From positions 288,001-352,000 of the forward strand of contig JBEKVV010000003.1 of NCBI GenBank assembly GCA_049513715.1: a stretch of 64,000 bases of DNA, read 5' to 3'. The translations under genes and the position numbers were made by a program. A model generated the notes under the pieces. It had not been told where the DNA came from and made no database searches. It worked only from the letters and a program-made list of their open reading frames with translations. The stretch is from Candidatus Bathyarchaeia archaeon (GTDB lineage: Archaea; Thermoproteota; Bathyarchaeia; 40CM-2-53-6). Shown here piece by piece: positions 1 through 9,790 of the stretch. How positions within the stretch are numbered: position 1 is the first letter of the stretch; each line of letters opens with the position of its first letter.

Positions 1-1
1 T

Positions 2-1318
2 GAAGATGATGTGGCCTTCGGGCCTGGTAACCTAGCCTTGCCGAGACGCGAGATTGAGCAACGGGTCACACACGGCCTGCAATCGGTGGGCATCTTGCAC
101 TTGCGTGAAAGATCTCTCTTCGCATTGTCTGGGGGTGAGAAACAGAAACTTGCCATAGCCGACATCTTGGCCATGGAGCCGAACATATTACTGTTCGACG
201 AGCCCCTGGCAAACCTTGATTCCAATGGCGTCAGGTTAATGCAAGGACTCTTCGAAGAGCTTCAGGCCTCTGGAAAAACGATAATTGTCGCCGAACACCG
301 AACAGAGGAGGTCCTTCGTGCAGACCCGTCTAGGATTCTAGTAATTGACCGGGGTCGCGTTGTCGCCGACAGCGACGATCCGGCCATCCTAACGAACTTC
401 GCGGATACGCTGAAAGTCCCGGCTGAGTATTTCGTTCGCCTGCCACAGATGATCACCACGAGCATTCAGCTGCAAAGAACGAGGCCTTCGGTTGCATCTC
501 AAGAATTGGGTGAAGAGCTCGTTCGCCTCCAAGATGTGAGCTTTGAGTACCCCGGAGGAATCAAGGCTCTCAACAATGTCTCCTTAACCATCCGAGAGGG
601 TGAACGGATCGCGCTCCTCGGTAACAATGGGGCTGGGAAGTCTACACTCGCCATGAGCCTGGTGGGAATTCTCAAGCCGACCTCGGGCCAAATACTTGTG
701 AGAGGAAAAGAAACAAAAACACTGTCGATATCGGAAATCGCACGGACAATCTGTTTGGTCTTCCAAAGCCCCTTCAGCATGATATTCGCAAAAACCGTTC
801 GCGCCGAGCTGAAATTCGGGCCGGAGAACATTGGGTTAGAGCCCGATGAGATTTCCAAGATACTCCCTGAAACCGCGAGGCATTGCTCGATTATGCATCT
901 TTTGGACAACTCACCATTTGCGTCCAGTTTCGGAGAGAAGAAGCGCATCTGCGTCGCCTCAGTGTTGACGATGCAACCCAAATGCGTCATATTGGATGAA
1001 CCAACTGCCGGGCAAGACCATAGGAGTTATACAAGCTTCATGGATTTCATTGCATCATTGAGGGACCGAATAGCATCCTATATCGTCATAACTCATGACC
1101 CTGACCTGGCAATCGAATACACAGACCGCGCAATCGTCCTTAGCAACGGCCGAATCATTGCAGACGGGCCCACTCGAACCGTCCTCGCGAATCCAGCGAT
1201 CCTCAGTCAAGGTGCTATACGAGAAACATCGTTGATCGAACTTTCACGAAAAGCAACAGATGGAAAAGCCGTCTTGACTTTGGCGGAACTCTTACAGGCA
1301 TCGCATATAAGCCGCTGA
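2..1318 (+). CDS. ECF transporter ATPase, fused duplicated ABC domains (5' partial)
   Basis: LSGGEKQK signature and LLFDEP, then a second domain with GNNGAGKS Walker A, VILDEPTAGQD and ITHD. The frame is open to the window start. Precedes S and T components. Confidence 0.92.
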   Translation, partial: EDDVAFGPGNLALPRREIEQRVTHGLQSVGILHLRERSLFALSGGEKQKLAIADILAMEPNILLFDEPLANLDSNGVRLMQGLFEELQASGKTIIVAEHRTEEVLRADPSRILVIDRGRVVADSDDPAILTNFADTLKVPAEYFVRLPQMITTSIQLQRTRPSVASQELGEELVRLQDVSFEYPGGIKALNNVSLTIREGERIALLGNNGAGKSTLAMSLVGILKPTSGQILVRGKETKTLSISEIARTICLVFQSPFSMIFAKTVRAELKFGPENIGLEPDEISKILPETARHCSIMHLLDNSPFASSFGEKKRICVASVLTMQPKCVILDEPTAGQDHRSYTSFMDFIASLRDRIASYIVITHDPDLAIEYTDRAIVLSNGRIIADGPTRTVLANPAILSQGAIRETSLIELSRKATDGKAVLTLAELLQASHISR

Positions 1319-1368
1319 AAAGAGATTAATAGTAATTAAGAAGAAGGGTCCGGTTGGCGAATTAGAAG

Positions 1369-1938
1369 TTGAGCAAGCAAGGACTCAAAGAATCTCTGTT
1401 CTCAGCGAAACAAATTGTCGCAATGGCTGTCGGCACTGCACTCTACGCTGCTCTAACGATACCGTTCAATGCAATTACGGTTCCAGGGGTCTGGCTGGTA
1501 TCTGTGAGGCCCACTGTGGCCATACCGATGCTCTTCGGCTTCGTTTTTGGGCCAATCACGGGGTTCGTCGCAGGTTTACTGGGTAACATTTTGTCGGACG
1601 CGATTTCTTTCGGCGGATTCTTCTGGAACTGGGACATTGGCAACGGCCTCATGGGTGCCGTACCAGGGATAGCCTACTTCATCATCAAACGAACCGACTG
1701 GGGCAAAGTCAAAGGGCTCACAGCTGCCGCCGTTCTGGCTGCTATCGGAGCCGTCGTCGGAATGGGTTTTGCTTCAATGACGGACTACATATTCCAAATA
1801 GGCCTCAACACTATGGAGGCTGCATACGCTGAATTCGTGGCGGCGGGCGTAACAAACCTGGTGAACGGAATAATCCTGACACCGATATTGCTCTACGCAT
1901 ACGCCAGCGCAACGGCAGGGCGCGCAAGAAGAGTTTGA
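1369..1938 (+). CDS. ECF transporter S component (UPF0397/ECF-ribofla-like)
   Basis: ~190 aa hydrophobic protein with AxxxALYAAL, FGP.TGF..GLLGN.LSD and WNW.IGNGL.G; lies between ECF ATPase and T genes. Confidence 0.85.
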   Translation: MSKQGLKESLFSAKQIVAMAVGTALYAALTIPFNAITVPGVWLVSVRPTVAIPMLFGFVFGPITGFVAGLLGNILSDAISFGGFFWNWDIGNGLMGAVPGIAYFIIKRTDWGKVKGLTAAAVLAAIGAVVGMGFASMTDYIFQIGLNTMEAAYAEFVAAGVTNLVNGIILTPILLYAYASATAGRARRV

Positions 1939-1950
1939 CAGCAACCTGAA

Positions 1951-2760
1951 ATGATTCAGATCAAGTACTTTCCGGGAAACACTCTACTGCACCGATTGGA
2001 CCCGAGAACCAAATTCCTACTTCTGATTCTTTTCGTTTTCACGGAAGTTGCTTTCCTAGACATCAGAATCCTAGTCTTTCCCGTCACAGCTTCCATCCTG
2101 CTCTACCTATCAGCGAGGATACCATTCAAAGAAACCAAGTCCACATGGAAATTCCTATTCACCGTCATCGTCTTCATTTCCACAATTAACGCCCTCGTAA
2201 CTTTCACCCGCCCAACTGTCCCTCACCCCCACGTGATCGCGAGCTTTTGGCTGTTCACCCTCAGCCTAGAGGGAGTCGTGTTTGCATTGGCATCGTTGAT
2301 GCGCCTACTATCCTTGGCGATCGTTTCGATTTGTGTTATTATGACAACCGACCCGACGCTCTACGCCCCGGCACTTGCCAAGATTGGCGTCCCATACAAG
2401 GGGGCTTTCGTGGTCGAACTTGCATTGCGCTACCTACCAGTATACGTGGAGGAGTTTGAGACTACTATGAATGCGCAGATGGCTCGCGGGTTTAAAGTCA
2501 AAACTAGGGGAGGAATATTCGCCCGGATCCTCAAGACGGTACCACTTCTTGTTCCCGTTGCCATCAACGCAATGCTATCCATATACGACATAGCAGACGC
2601 AATGGAACTTCGCGCTTTCGGGTCCAAGGAGAATCGGACTTGGTACAGAACGGTGCACTTCAAACCCCTAGACTATGCCGCCACCTTCTCCCTCACCTCG
2701 ATACTCGCGTTGGCAATCTTTTTGAGGACGCAATTCACAACGTTCTGGATTCCAACCTAG
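1951..2760 (+). CDS. ECF transporter transmembrane T component (CbiQ/EcfT)
   Basis: LHRLDPRTK N-terminus; AQMARG and AMELRAF coupling motifs. Confidence 0.92.
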   Translation: MIQIKYFPGNTLLHRLDPRTKFLLLILFVFTEVAFLDIRILVFPVTASILLYLSARIPFKETKSTWKFLFTVIVFISTINALVTFTRPTVPHPHVIASFWLFTLSLEGVVFALASLMRLLSLAIVSICVIMTTDPTLYAPALAKIGVPYKGAFVVELALRYLPVYVEEFETTMNAQMARGFKVKTRGGIFARILKTVPLLVPVAINAMLSIYDIADAMELRAFGSKENRTWYRTVHFKPLDYAATFSLTSILALAIFLRTQFTTFWIPT

Positions 2761-2778
2761 AAGAGCCCTTAGAGGTCG

Positions 2779-2889
2779 ATGTTGGTGTATCCGAATGCAA
2801 AATGCCCGAAATGTCAGGTGTGTGGAGGATGCCTCCAACGGTCGTATGGTCGATGGTTCTGCGCGTTTTGTAGAAGGTACAGCAATTAG
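2779..2889 (+). CDS. Small Cys-rich zinc-ribbon microprotein (36 aa; absent from ORF track)
   Basis: Manual translation gives MLVYPNAKCPKCQVCGGCLQRSYGRWFCAFCRRYSN*. AGAGGT RBS-like sequence upstream; fills the gap after ecfT. Confidence 0.55.
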   Translation: MLVYPNAKCPKCQVCGGCLQRSYGRWFCAFCRRYSN

Positions 2890-2969
2890 TGATTACGGTA
2901 CGGTTTGCATGTTTGAAATCGTTAGTTTACGGTTATTGATGGGTAGTCAAATTCCTGCAGGCTCTTGTC

Positions 2970-3356
2970 TTAGAAGAGCTCGATCCATATTCCATTTGGG
3001 TCTTCCACATAGGCCCAGCGGCTTCCGTTGGATTTCATTTCCGAAATGACCCGATAACCTGCTGCCCGGGCTTCCTCCAAAGCCTTGTCCAAGTTCTCCA
3101 CGTTGAAGGCCAAATGGTCCAACCCCTCTCCGACCACGTACTCCTTGTAGTATGGGCTCTCCTTTTCGTAGTAGTTCAATTCAAGCGTGAAGCCCTCGCT
3201 TTCCAGCCCGACGGTTTCACCTTTGGTTTGCTCTACCTTGCTCCTACCCTTCACTTGCATACCAAGTAGCTTCGAATAGAAATCCGAGGATTTCTGCAGA
3301 TCCTTGACCCTGATTCCAACGTACAAGAATTTTGATTTCAAGGTAATCGGGCACAA
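2970..3356 (-). CDS. VOC/glyoxalase family protein
   Basis: VGIRVKDL..S..FY, LELNYY, GLDHLAF.V, EDPNGIWIEL. Confidence 0.9.
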   Translation of the reverse strand: MCPITLKSKFLYVGIRVKDLQKSSDFYSKLLGMQVKGRSKVEQTKGETVGLESEGFTLELNYYEKESPYYKEYVVGEGLDHLAFNVENLDKALEEARAAGYRVISEMKSNGSRWAYVEDPNGIWIELF

Positions 3357-3494
3357 AACTTGTGAACGCGTACACTTATGATTTGCTCGAATTCAAGTCA
3401 CAGCAAGAGCGGAAAAAACGCTCATTTTGCTATCAGACTCCGTAAATGTGTGCTCAATAGAGACCTCTATTAGCTGCGGCGACTATAATAGCCC

Positions 3495-3866
3495 ATGTCA
3501 ATTCGCGTTTTTCAATGCATTTGCCAAAAATGTGGCGCCAAATTCGAATTCACAGGATCATATGATAAGTTCAGTGAGTTCATGGACTCGGAGAATTTCA
3601 AATGCTCAGGCGGCCATGCAGAAAATCGTTCGCCGCGGGGTTTTCTTAAGATCATCAAGATGAGTGAGACTCAACCGGTCTTGGAGTGGAAACCGACTAC
3701 GGGCAGAAATTACGTGGATGTCCTCGACCCTCAAACGGCTCTCATCAAAGGCATGCAAATAGACCACCTTGGATCAGGGCTGTACATTGACCGGCGTTCA
3801 CGCAAGAAGTACGATTACGAGGAAGACACGAAAGGTTATCGACACTACTACGAAGTGCCCGCATAA
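3495..3866 (+). CDS. Hypothetical protein with N-terminal zinc ribbon
   Basis: CQKCG...CSGGH metal-binding pattern; clean ORF in an intergenic gap. Confidence 0.65.
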   Translation: MSIRVFQCICQKCGAKFEFTGSYDKFSEFMDSENFKCSGGHAENRSPRGFLKIIKMSETQPVLEWKPTTGRNYVDVLDPQTALIKGMQIDHLGSGLYIDRRSRKKYDYEEDTKGYRHYYEVPA

Positions 3867-3892
3867 CCCGCCGAAAAACACAACCCCTGTCC

Positions 3893-5011
3893 CTAAGCCT
3901 CAGTCACGAGGCTGCGACGGTTAGCGAGCCTCTCGGAGACCTTCCGCAAGAGTTCAGGAACATTCGCCCCTGTTTTAGCGCTTACCTCCAGGATTTCTTC
4001 AGCTCCGAAGATTCTGCCGATTACACTACGTACCTCATCCAAACGTTCGCGGGTTACAATGTCAACCTTGTTGAGGCAGATTAGAACCGGAACTCCACTG
4101 ACCTCGCTTTGCATCACTTTATGCGAGGCTGAAACTTTCCTATAGACGGTTTCGATTTCGTCGCTACCGTCCACGAATAGCAGGATCAGGTCCGAGTTTG
4201 CGAGTTCATTCAACGTTGTGTGGAAGGCTTTCAGAAGTATAGGGTTGAGGTCTTCGATGAAACCAATCGAGTCTATCATAATGAACGACGCACTAGGTTC
4301 ACTGCTCAATGTTCCGGGCACCTTTCGCGCGAATGTCGAGAGTGTTGTAAATGGTCCTAGCCCTATCTCCTTCGACTCTGATGCGAGCCTGTTGAACAAC
4401 GTAGTTTTGCCGCTCTGAGTGTAGCCTGTCAGGGCTACGATACGGAAACCTGATTTACTCCGGCGCTCTCGCAGCCGCCCTTGTTTGGACCTTATGGCGC
4501 GTAGTTGGCCTTCGATTTTGCTGATTTGCTTTCGCGACATGGATTCATAGGCCTCATACGGATAACGGCCTGGGCCACCCCTCCCCATCTGCTCGCTTAC
4601 GATACCGCGCATTCGAACTGATTCCCTGCTCCAAGAGAACGTGTAACGCAACCTGGCTAATGCGATTTGGAGTTTAGCCTCAGTTGTCGCGCTCCGCTTT
4701 TCGAAGATTTCTAAGATGAGTAGGTTTCTGTCGAGAACTTGAACATCGCCGCCCAATTTCTTCATTATTCTGAATACTTGGCCTGCTGAGAGTTGCCTAG
4801 TGAAAATCACTGCGTCGATTGATTTTTCACTAACGGTCTTGGCGATTTCGCTAATCTTCCCTTCCCCGACGCAGTAGGATGAGTCAATGGACTCGCGATG
4901 TTGTGTGACTTGGCCGATTACCTCGTAGCCGGCGGTCTTGGCGATGTCGTTCGTCTCATCGATTCGGGGCTTGGTTCGCGGTGTAAGGCACTCTACTAGG
5001 AGCGCTTTCAA
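3893..5011 (-). CDS. hflX: GTPase HflX
   Basis: LDR..LILEIF..R.A.TEAKLQIALARL, G1 GYTQSGKTT, FTTL, DSIGFI, NKVD, SAK. Confidence 0.93.
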   Translation of the reverse strand: MKALLVECLTPRTKPRIDETNDIAKTAGYEVIGQVTQHRESIDSSYCVGEGKISEIAKTVSEKSIDAVIFTRQLSAGQVFRIMKKLGGDVQVLDRNLLILEIFEKRSATTEAKLQIALARLRYTFSWSRESVRMRGIVSEQMGRGGPGRYPYEAYESMSRKQISKIEGQLRAIRSKQGRLRERRSKSGFRIVALTGYTQSGKTTLFNRLASESKEIGLGPFTTLSTFARKVPGTLSSEPSASFIMIDSIGFIEDLNPILLKAFHTTLNELANSDLILLFVDGSDEIETVYRKVSASHKVMQSEVSGVPVLICLNKVDIVTRERLDEVRSVIGRIFGAEEILEVSAKTGANVPELLRKVSERLANRRSLVTEA

Positions 5012-5085
5012 CTTGTGTGCACCTGTAGAATATGAGAAAGGATTACTGACGCCTCACCAAAATGGAGACTGATTCATCCATATTG

Positions 5086-5220
5086 TCAGTCTACTCTGAA
5101 ACTCATTCTCTCGGCAGTGGCCAGCCTGGTACACCTTAGGCATATGTCAGGCGAAGGAGAAAGGAGGTCAAACGCTACAATTGGGGCGCCACATTGCTTG
5201 CATTGTTTCGTGCTGGACAC
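5086..5220 (-). CDS. Small zinc-finger protein (44 aa)
   Basis: GTG start at 5220; CKQCG-x-CLRC double CxxC. The upstream part of the 107-aa ORF overlaps an opposite-strand gene and is likely spurious. Confidence 0.5.
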   Translation of the reverse strand: MSSTKQCKQCGAPIVAFDLLSPSPDICLRCTRLATAERMSFRVD

Positions 5221-5344
5221 TAATCGATCATTCACGAACGCCTTGTGCTTGCCGACTAATATGTGAGAGAGAAGATTTGCCCTGCCGTGCGACTTAAATG
5301 GCGCAAATTGCTCCGTTTTCCTTGAGAAATGGTCCGGCAGCATT

Positions 5345-5599
5345 ATGACCACGCACGCCATTATTGGACCTATGAATTCGAGTGCGTTGGACCCCCTTGG
5401 ATTTCTCAAGGGCTACTTGGAAACAAGATTCAAGTCGACTTTGGATTACTTCGCAATTGAAGGTCGTATGTCCCCCGATACGGAAGGCGATTTCGGTGTC
5501 ACAGGAACTTACCGGAAGAGAGCGGGCGACAAGAATGTGTTCTTCACTGCCACTGTGAACGTCGCCTCACACAAAGTTCAGAACTTACAGGAATATTGA
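5345..5599 (+). CDS. Small hypothetical protein (paralog of 5639-5911)
   Basis: Shares G.(F/W).V.GTY and FTATV with the downstream ORF. Confidence 0.65.
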   Translation: MTTHAIIGPMNSSALDPLGFLKGYLETRFKSTLDYFAIEGRMSPDTEGDFGVTGTYRKRAGDKNVFFTATVNVASHKVQNLQEY

Positions 5600-5638
5600 A
5601 AAGAGGCGATATTTGAAATTCGGTAGAGCAGATTCGAA

Positions 5639-5911
5639 TTGCGGATAGCCAGCCCCGAAGATGCAAGGAGCGTTGTCAGAAAGTACATTGTCGGCACGCG
5701 GTCGCGGCATGGAAAAATAACCTCCATCCTAGTGGATGAGGAAACAAAAGGCCCAGACGAAAAGGGCAATTGGTCGGTAAAGGGAACTTATTCGACAGAA
5801 GAGGGCGGCAAAGAACCTTTCACCGCTACAGTCACTCCCCGTGGCGAAGTCATGATTACCACGCAACCCCATGATGCCAGCGGAAAAAGACCGTCAAAGC
5901 CCGGCAGATAA
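5639..5911 (+). CDS. Small hypothetical protein, PepSY-like alpha/beta pattern
   Basis: SPEDARSVVRKY helix followed by beta strands WSVKGTY/FTATVTPRGEV. Confidence 0.7.
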   Translation: MRIASPEDARSVVRKYIVGTRSRHGKITSILVDEETKGPDEKGNWSVKGTYSTEEGGKEPFTATVTPRGEVMITTQPHDASGKRPSKPGR

Positions 5912-6320
5912 TCATAGGCACATCTCTTAAGAAGGACCAGAAAGCAAGTTACTTTGCCAGACTAATTCTGACTTCGGTGCCGATTTCCCTATTGAGAGAG
6001 GGGATGCTAGAGTAGAGGAATGGTTGAATTGCACAAGATGAGATCTAAACCCAAGCCAAGGCCCCCTACATATTGGACCCAGGGCACGGCCATGTGGTAC
6101 CGCCGCTATGACCGAACGGGCAGACAGGAAAGATGGCCGGTTGAAACGCACAAAAGCGTCTTCCGACAGTCTATTCTCCACAAACGTTTGAACGCCGGCT
6201 GAAGCCATCGACAACACACTCAGCAACGACCATCAGCTTTATCCCAGATGCCCGAGGATGTACGCGAACCCTGAGCCCCGCATGAAATCTCGCGGGAAAC
6301 ATCCGCCATCGTGAAAGTCA

Positions 6321-7250
6321 TTGCCAAAACTCACCAAGTTTCGAGGGAATCCCATCATTGCGCCTGAACAGGGCCAAAGTTGGGAAGTAGGTGGCACATT
6401 CAACCCTGCTGCAGTCAGATTAGATGGTGAGATTCATTTGCTCTACCGGGCCGTCGACGCCAACCAAATCTCACGACTGGGTTACGCGCGCACATCGAAC
6501 GGAACAGAGATATCCTTCCGCTCTTCGACCCCCGTCCTTGAACCTTCCGCTGAGTGGGAAGAGTTCGGCTGCGAAGACCCTCGCATAACGCCGCTCGACG
6601 GAACTTTCTATGTTACCTACACAGCATATTCGCGTCGAGGGCCACGTATCGCACTTGCTCAAACGCAAGATTTCGTACATTTTCAAAGGCACGGGTTAGT
6701 CGGGCCCGACCTCAACGACAAGGACTGCGTCATATTTCCAGAAAGGGTCAACGGGAAGGTTGCGATATTGCACCGAGTCCAGTCAGAAGTTCAGATAGCC
6801 TATTTCGAGAGTTTTGAAGCGCTTAAGGGGTCGCGAGAATTCTGGGACGGCTATCTTAAGCACTATCGGGATTATGAGGTTATCAAACCCTTATTCAGTT
6901 GGGAAAGGAGGAAGGTTGGCTCGGGCCCACCACCGATCAAAACCGACCGAGGGTGGCTTTTGATCTACCATGGCGTCAGCATTGACCGCGCCTACCGTGC
7001 TGGAGCCATTCTCCTCGATTTAGATGAACCCTCAAGAGTGTTGGCGCGTACTAGGCAGCCAATTCTCGAACCTGAGATGGAGTTTGAGAAACATGGCACT
7101 GTTCCAAACGTGATTTTCCCGGACGGCGCAGTTGTCCTAAGGGGCGAATTGTTGGCATACTACGGTGGGGCTGATAGGGTGTGTTGTGTGGCGAGTGCCC
7201 CCCTAGACGAATTTCTAGATGAACTGGAAGAGCAATCATTGCCTACCTGA
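6321..7250 (+). CDS. GH130 family glycosidase/mannoside phosphorylase
   Basis: FNPAA, LLYRA, GCEDPRIT, KDCVIFPE, LHR, GWLLIYHGV, PNVIFP. Confidence 0.92.
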   Translation: MPKLTKFRGNPIIAPEQGQSWEVGGTFNPAAVRLDGEIHLLYRAVDANQISRLGYARTSNGTEISFRSSTPVLEPSAEWEEFGCEDPRITPLDGTFYVTYTAYSRRGPRIALAQTQDFVHFQRHGLVGPDLNDKDCVIFPERVNGKVAILHRVQSEVQIAYFESFEALKGSREFWDGYLKHYRDYEVIKPLFSWERRKVGSGPPPIKTDRGWLLIYHGVSIDRAYRAGAILLDLDEPSRVLARTRQPILEPEMEFEKHGTVPNVIFPDGAVVLRGELLAYYGGADRVCCVASAPLDEFLDELEEQSLPT

Positions 7251-8346
7251 GAGTCTTCGGCGACTGCGTTAGATTCTCAATGAATGCTGTTGCGGCCAAG
7301 AGGAAAGCGACGGTGGATTCCGCGCCTTGGTTCTCGTTCAAGCCATCCGGCGTTATTCCATCGCAACAGGCGCCACTCGTGGCATCATAGACGTTCACGG
7401 ATTTTGTATTCAAGCCAAAGAACCATCCTAAGGCTTGGCGTAATATCTTCTCATTTACACTGGACTGATTGATTCTGCACGCTAGCGCTGAAGTCTCGAC
7501 CATTGCCCCAGCATCAATTGGTTGTTGATCGTATAGGGCTCTTTCTCCGCCTTTGACGTACCAGCCGCTGCTTCCGATAGGAACGTGGATATCGTCTATG
7601 GTCGTGACCTTCTGCAGGAATTCTAATGATTTTTGGGCAGCATCAAGGTGTTTCCTTTCGCCAAGCGATTGGTATGCCGCAAACAGTGCTTGGCTTAGAC
7701 GCGGGTTGTCATAGGATAAGATGTCTTCGAACCAATCCCAGCCTGGAGTGCGAGTGCCATTGTACAGTTCGAACAGGTTGTCTGCTAGCTCCTTGAGGTT
7801 GGCCGTGAGATTTCTGTCCTCGGTATCGGTGTGGAGCCTCTCTGCGATGCCGAGGCAAGCGTAGGCCTTTGTCCGTGGTGTTGATGTGGCCTCTCTTGCC
7901 CAGGGCAATGCTCGGTCGAAAATCAGGCGGGCGATGGCTTTCATTCCTCTCGGCAGATTTGAGTTAATCATCGTCCCGGCTGCCCAGATCGCACGTCCCA
8001 AATGATCTCCGGCTGTAGGTTCGTCGATAATTCTTTGCGAGAAATCCATGAGGTTATGGAACGTGCCGTTTTGCGCCTGCATGAGGAGAAGAAAGGCGAT
8101 CATCTTCCGTTGGAACTCAGCAAGTCTATCATTGGGCCACAGCGCCTGTGCCTTTACAGCAAATACCAAAGCCCGTGCGTTGTCGTCAACTGCGTATCCT
8201 TCTCTTCGGGCCGGCACAGAGAATTTTGCGTGCTGCAGCAGCGCATTATTGTCTGTTAAGGCGAAGACGTGGTCGAGTTTCACTGATTGCTGCAGCTTCA
8301 GCGAGAGTTCCTTTAGCCCGCATTGCAGATCTGAAGATGTCACCAT
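7243..8346 (-). CDS. Six-hairpin glycosidase-like domain usually fused C-terminal to GT4 glycosyltransferases (start may be GTG 8283)
   Basis: KLDH...LTD..ALLQHAKFSVP.REGY..DDNARAL, WFED.LSYDN.RL, DQQPID, NENQGAEST. Confidence 0.85.
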   Translation of the reverse strand: MVTSSDLQCGLKELSLKLQQSVKLDHVFALTDNNALLQHAKFSVPARREGYAVDDNARALVFAVKAQALWPNDRLAEFQRKMIAFLLLMQAQNGTFHNLMDFSQRIIDEPTAGDHLGRAIWAAGTMINSNLPRGMKAIARLIFDRALPWAREATSTPRTKAYACLGIAERLHTDTEDRNLTANLKELADNLFELYNGTRTPGWDWFEDILSYDNPRLSQALFAAYQSLGERKHLDAAQKSLEFLQKVTTIDDIHVPIGSSGWYVKGGERALYDQQPIDAGAMVETSALACRINQSSVNEKILRQALGWFFGLNTKSVNVYDATSGACCDGITPDGLNENQGAESTVAFLLAATAFIENLTQSPKTLR

Positions 8347-9466
8347 ATTGATCAGCTACTTTTCCCCAACCAACTTCTTGCCCGTACTTGAATGCCTTCG
8401 CCTCTAGTTGCCGGCGAAGACGCAAATCGCCCAGTATCCGTTGGATGCATTCGGCGATTGAAGAGGCATCTGCGAACTTGCACAATAACCCTCTGTTATC
8501 GGAGAGAGTCTCTTTTGCGAATATCGTCGGGGTAGAGACAACGGCTTTCCCATGGCTGAGCGCAAGTGTGATTGTTCCGCTTGAAACTTGCTCTTTACCC
8601 AAGTATGGTGCAAGGTATATGTCAGCTGCCTGGAGGTAAAGCGAAAGCTCATCTTCAGGCAAGTACCGGTCTACAAAGCGCACGTTACGCTCAACCCTCA
8701 GCTGCATCGCTAATGAGATCAATTTGGTTCGGTAGGCTTCGCCATCACGCTTCCTAACCGCGGGATGCGTTTCACCTATCACCAAGTAGAGTAAATCAGG
8801 TCTCTCTTTCACCGTGTAAGCCAACGATTTGATTGCATGTTCTATACCCTTCCCCGAGCTGATTAGACCCGCCGTGGCCAGGACAGTGCGGTTCTGGAGC
8901 CCAAGACGACGTCTTGCATAGGCCTTGCGCAAGTGCTGTGGAGCTGCAGTCCCATGACGGATGACCGCGATCTTCTGAGGGTCTATTGCGAATTGCTGTT
9001 CTAGAAGCTTCGCAGCAGACTCAATCGTAACCACCACTGTACTGCTCAATTGGCAGATTTCCCGAACAATCTGACGAGCTTCTTCATCTGGGTCGGTGAG
9101 CACAGTGTGGAATGTTGTTATCAGAGGCGCTTCGATATTTCTGCAGAGGCCGAGAACATACTCGCCCCACACACCGCCGAAGATCCCGAACTCGTGCTGC
9201 AAACTCACGACATCAACGTTCGATTCGTTCAGGAAGCCGGCGGCTGAGACGTAGCTTCTGCGGTCATATTGATCGATGATCTGCTCTGCCACAGAGCCAG
9301 TGGAACGGTTTAGGTCGTCCTCGATGGCAACGATAACATTGCGTTCGGTGCGCCTCCGCGTTAGCACCGCGAGTGCCAAGTCTCGTGTGAAAGTTGCGAT
9401 TCCGCACTCGCGTGGTGGGTAGGTGCTGACGAATCCGATTTGCGGTTTCCTGTTCAACATGCTCAC
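8246..9466 (-). CDS. Glycosyltransferase family 4
   Basis: STYPPRECGIATFT, LQHEFGIFGG, GLISSGKGIE, GETHP, QVSSGT, GKAVVSTP. Confidence 0.92.
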   Translation of the reverse strand: MSMLNRKPQIGFVSTYPPRECGIATFTRDLALAVLTRRRTERNVIVAIEDDLNRSTGSVAEQIIDQYDRRSYVSAAGFLNESNVDVVSLQHEFGIFGGVWGEYVLGLCRNIEAPLITTFHTVLTDPDEEARQIVREICQLSSTVVVTIESAAKLLEQQFAIDPQKIAVIRHGTAAPQHLRKAYARRRLGLQNRTVLATAGLISSGKGIEHAIKSLAYTVKERPDLLYLVIGETHPAVRKRDGEAYRTKLISLAMQLRVERNVRFVDRYLPEDELSLYLQAADIYLAPYLGKEQVSSGTITLALSHGKAVVSTPTIFAKETLSDNRGLLCKFADASSIAECIQRILGDLRLRRQLEAKAFKYGQEVGWGKVADQYGDIFRSAMRAKGTLAEAAAISETRPRLRLNRQ

Positions 9467-9790
9467 ACCTACTTGACATCGAAGCTACGGCTTCCACCGG
9501 ACATCCAACCCACAGGCAACCCAACCCTGGGGAGTGAAGTGCAACGAAAGGCGCAACCAACACACATCATTACGTTCTCAGGATTAATAGCCCTACTCTT
9601 TCAAAGTTCTACAGTCATAGTCGATATGAACGGTGCGAATACATGAGATTATTAGTTTCACTATGTAGATGAAGAGTCATGAAATGACCCGAAGATTCCA
9701 GCCTCAGCGAAGCGAGAACGTCTTTGAGGGTCAAAACGCTACTTCTTCGGTGCCGCCTCGGTTCGATGTGTTGATGTTTCCGGTGGCAAG

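Noticed and set aside
6020..6202. 60-aa basic ORF before GH130
   Set aside because: No recognisable motif, and a competing antisense ORF exists; cannot support as a gene
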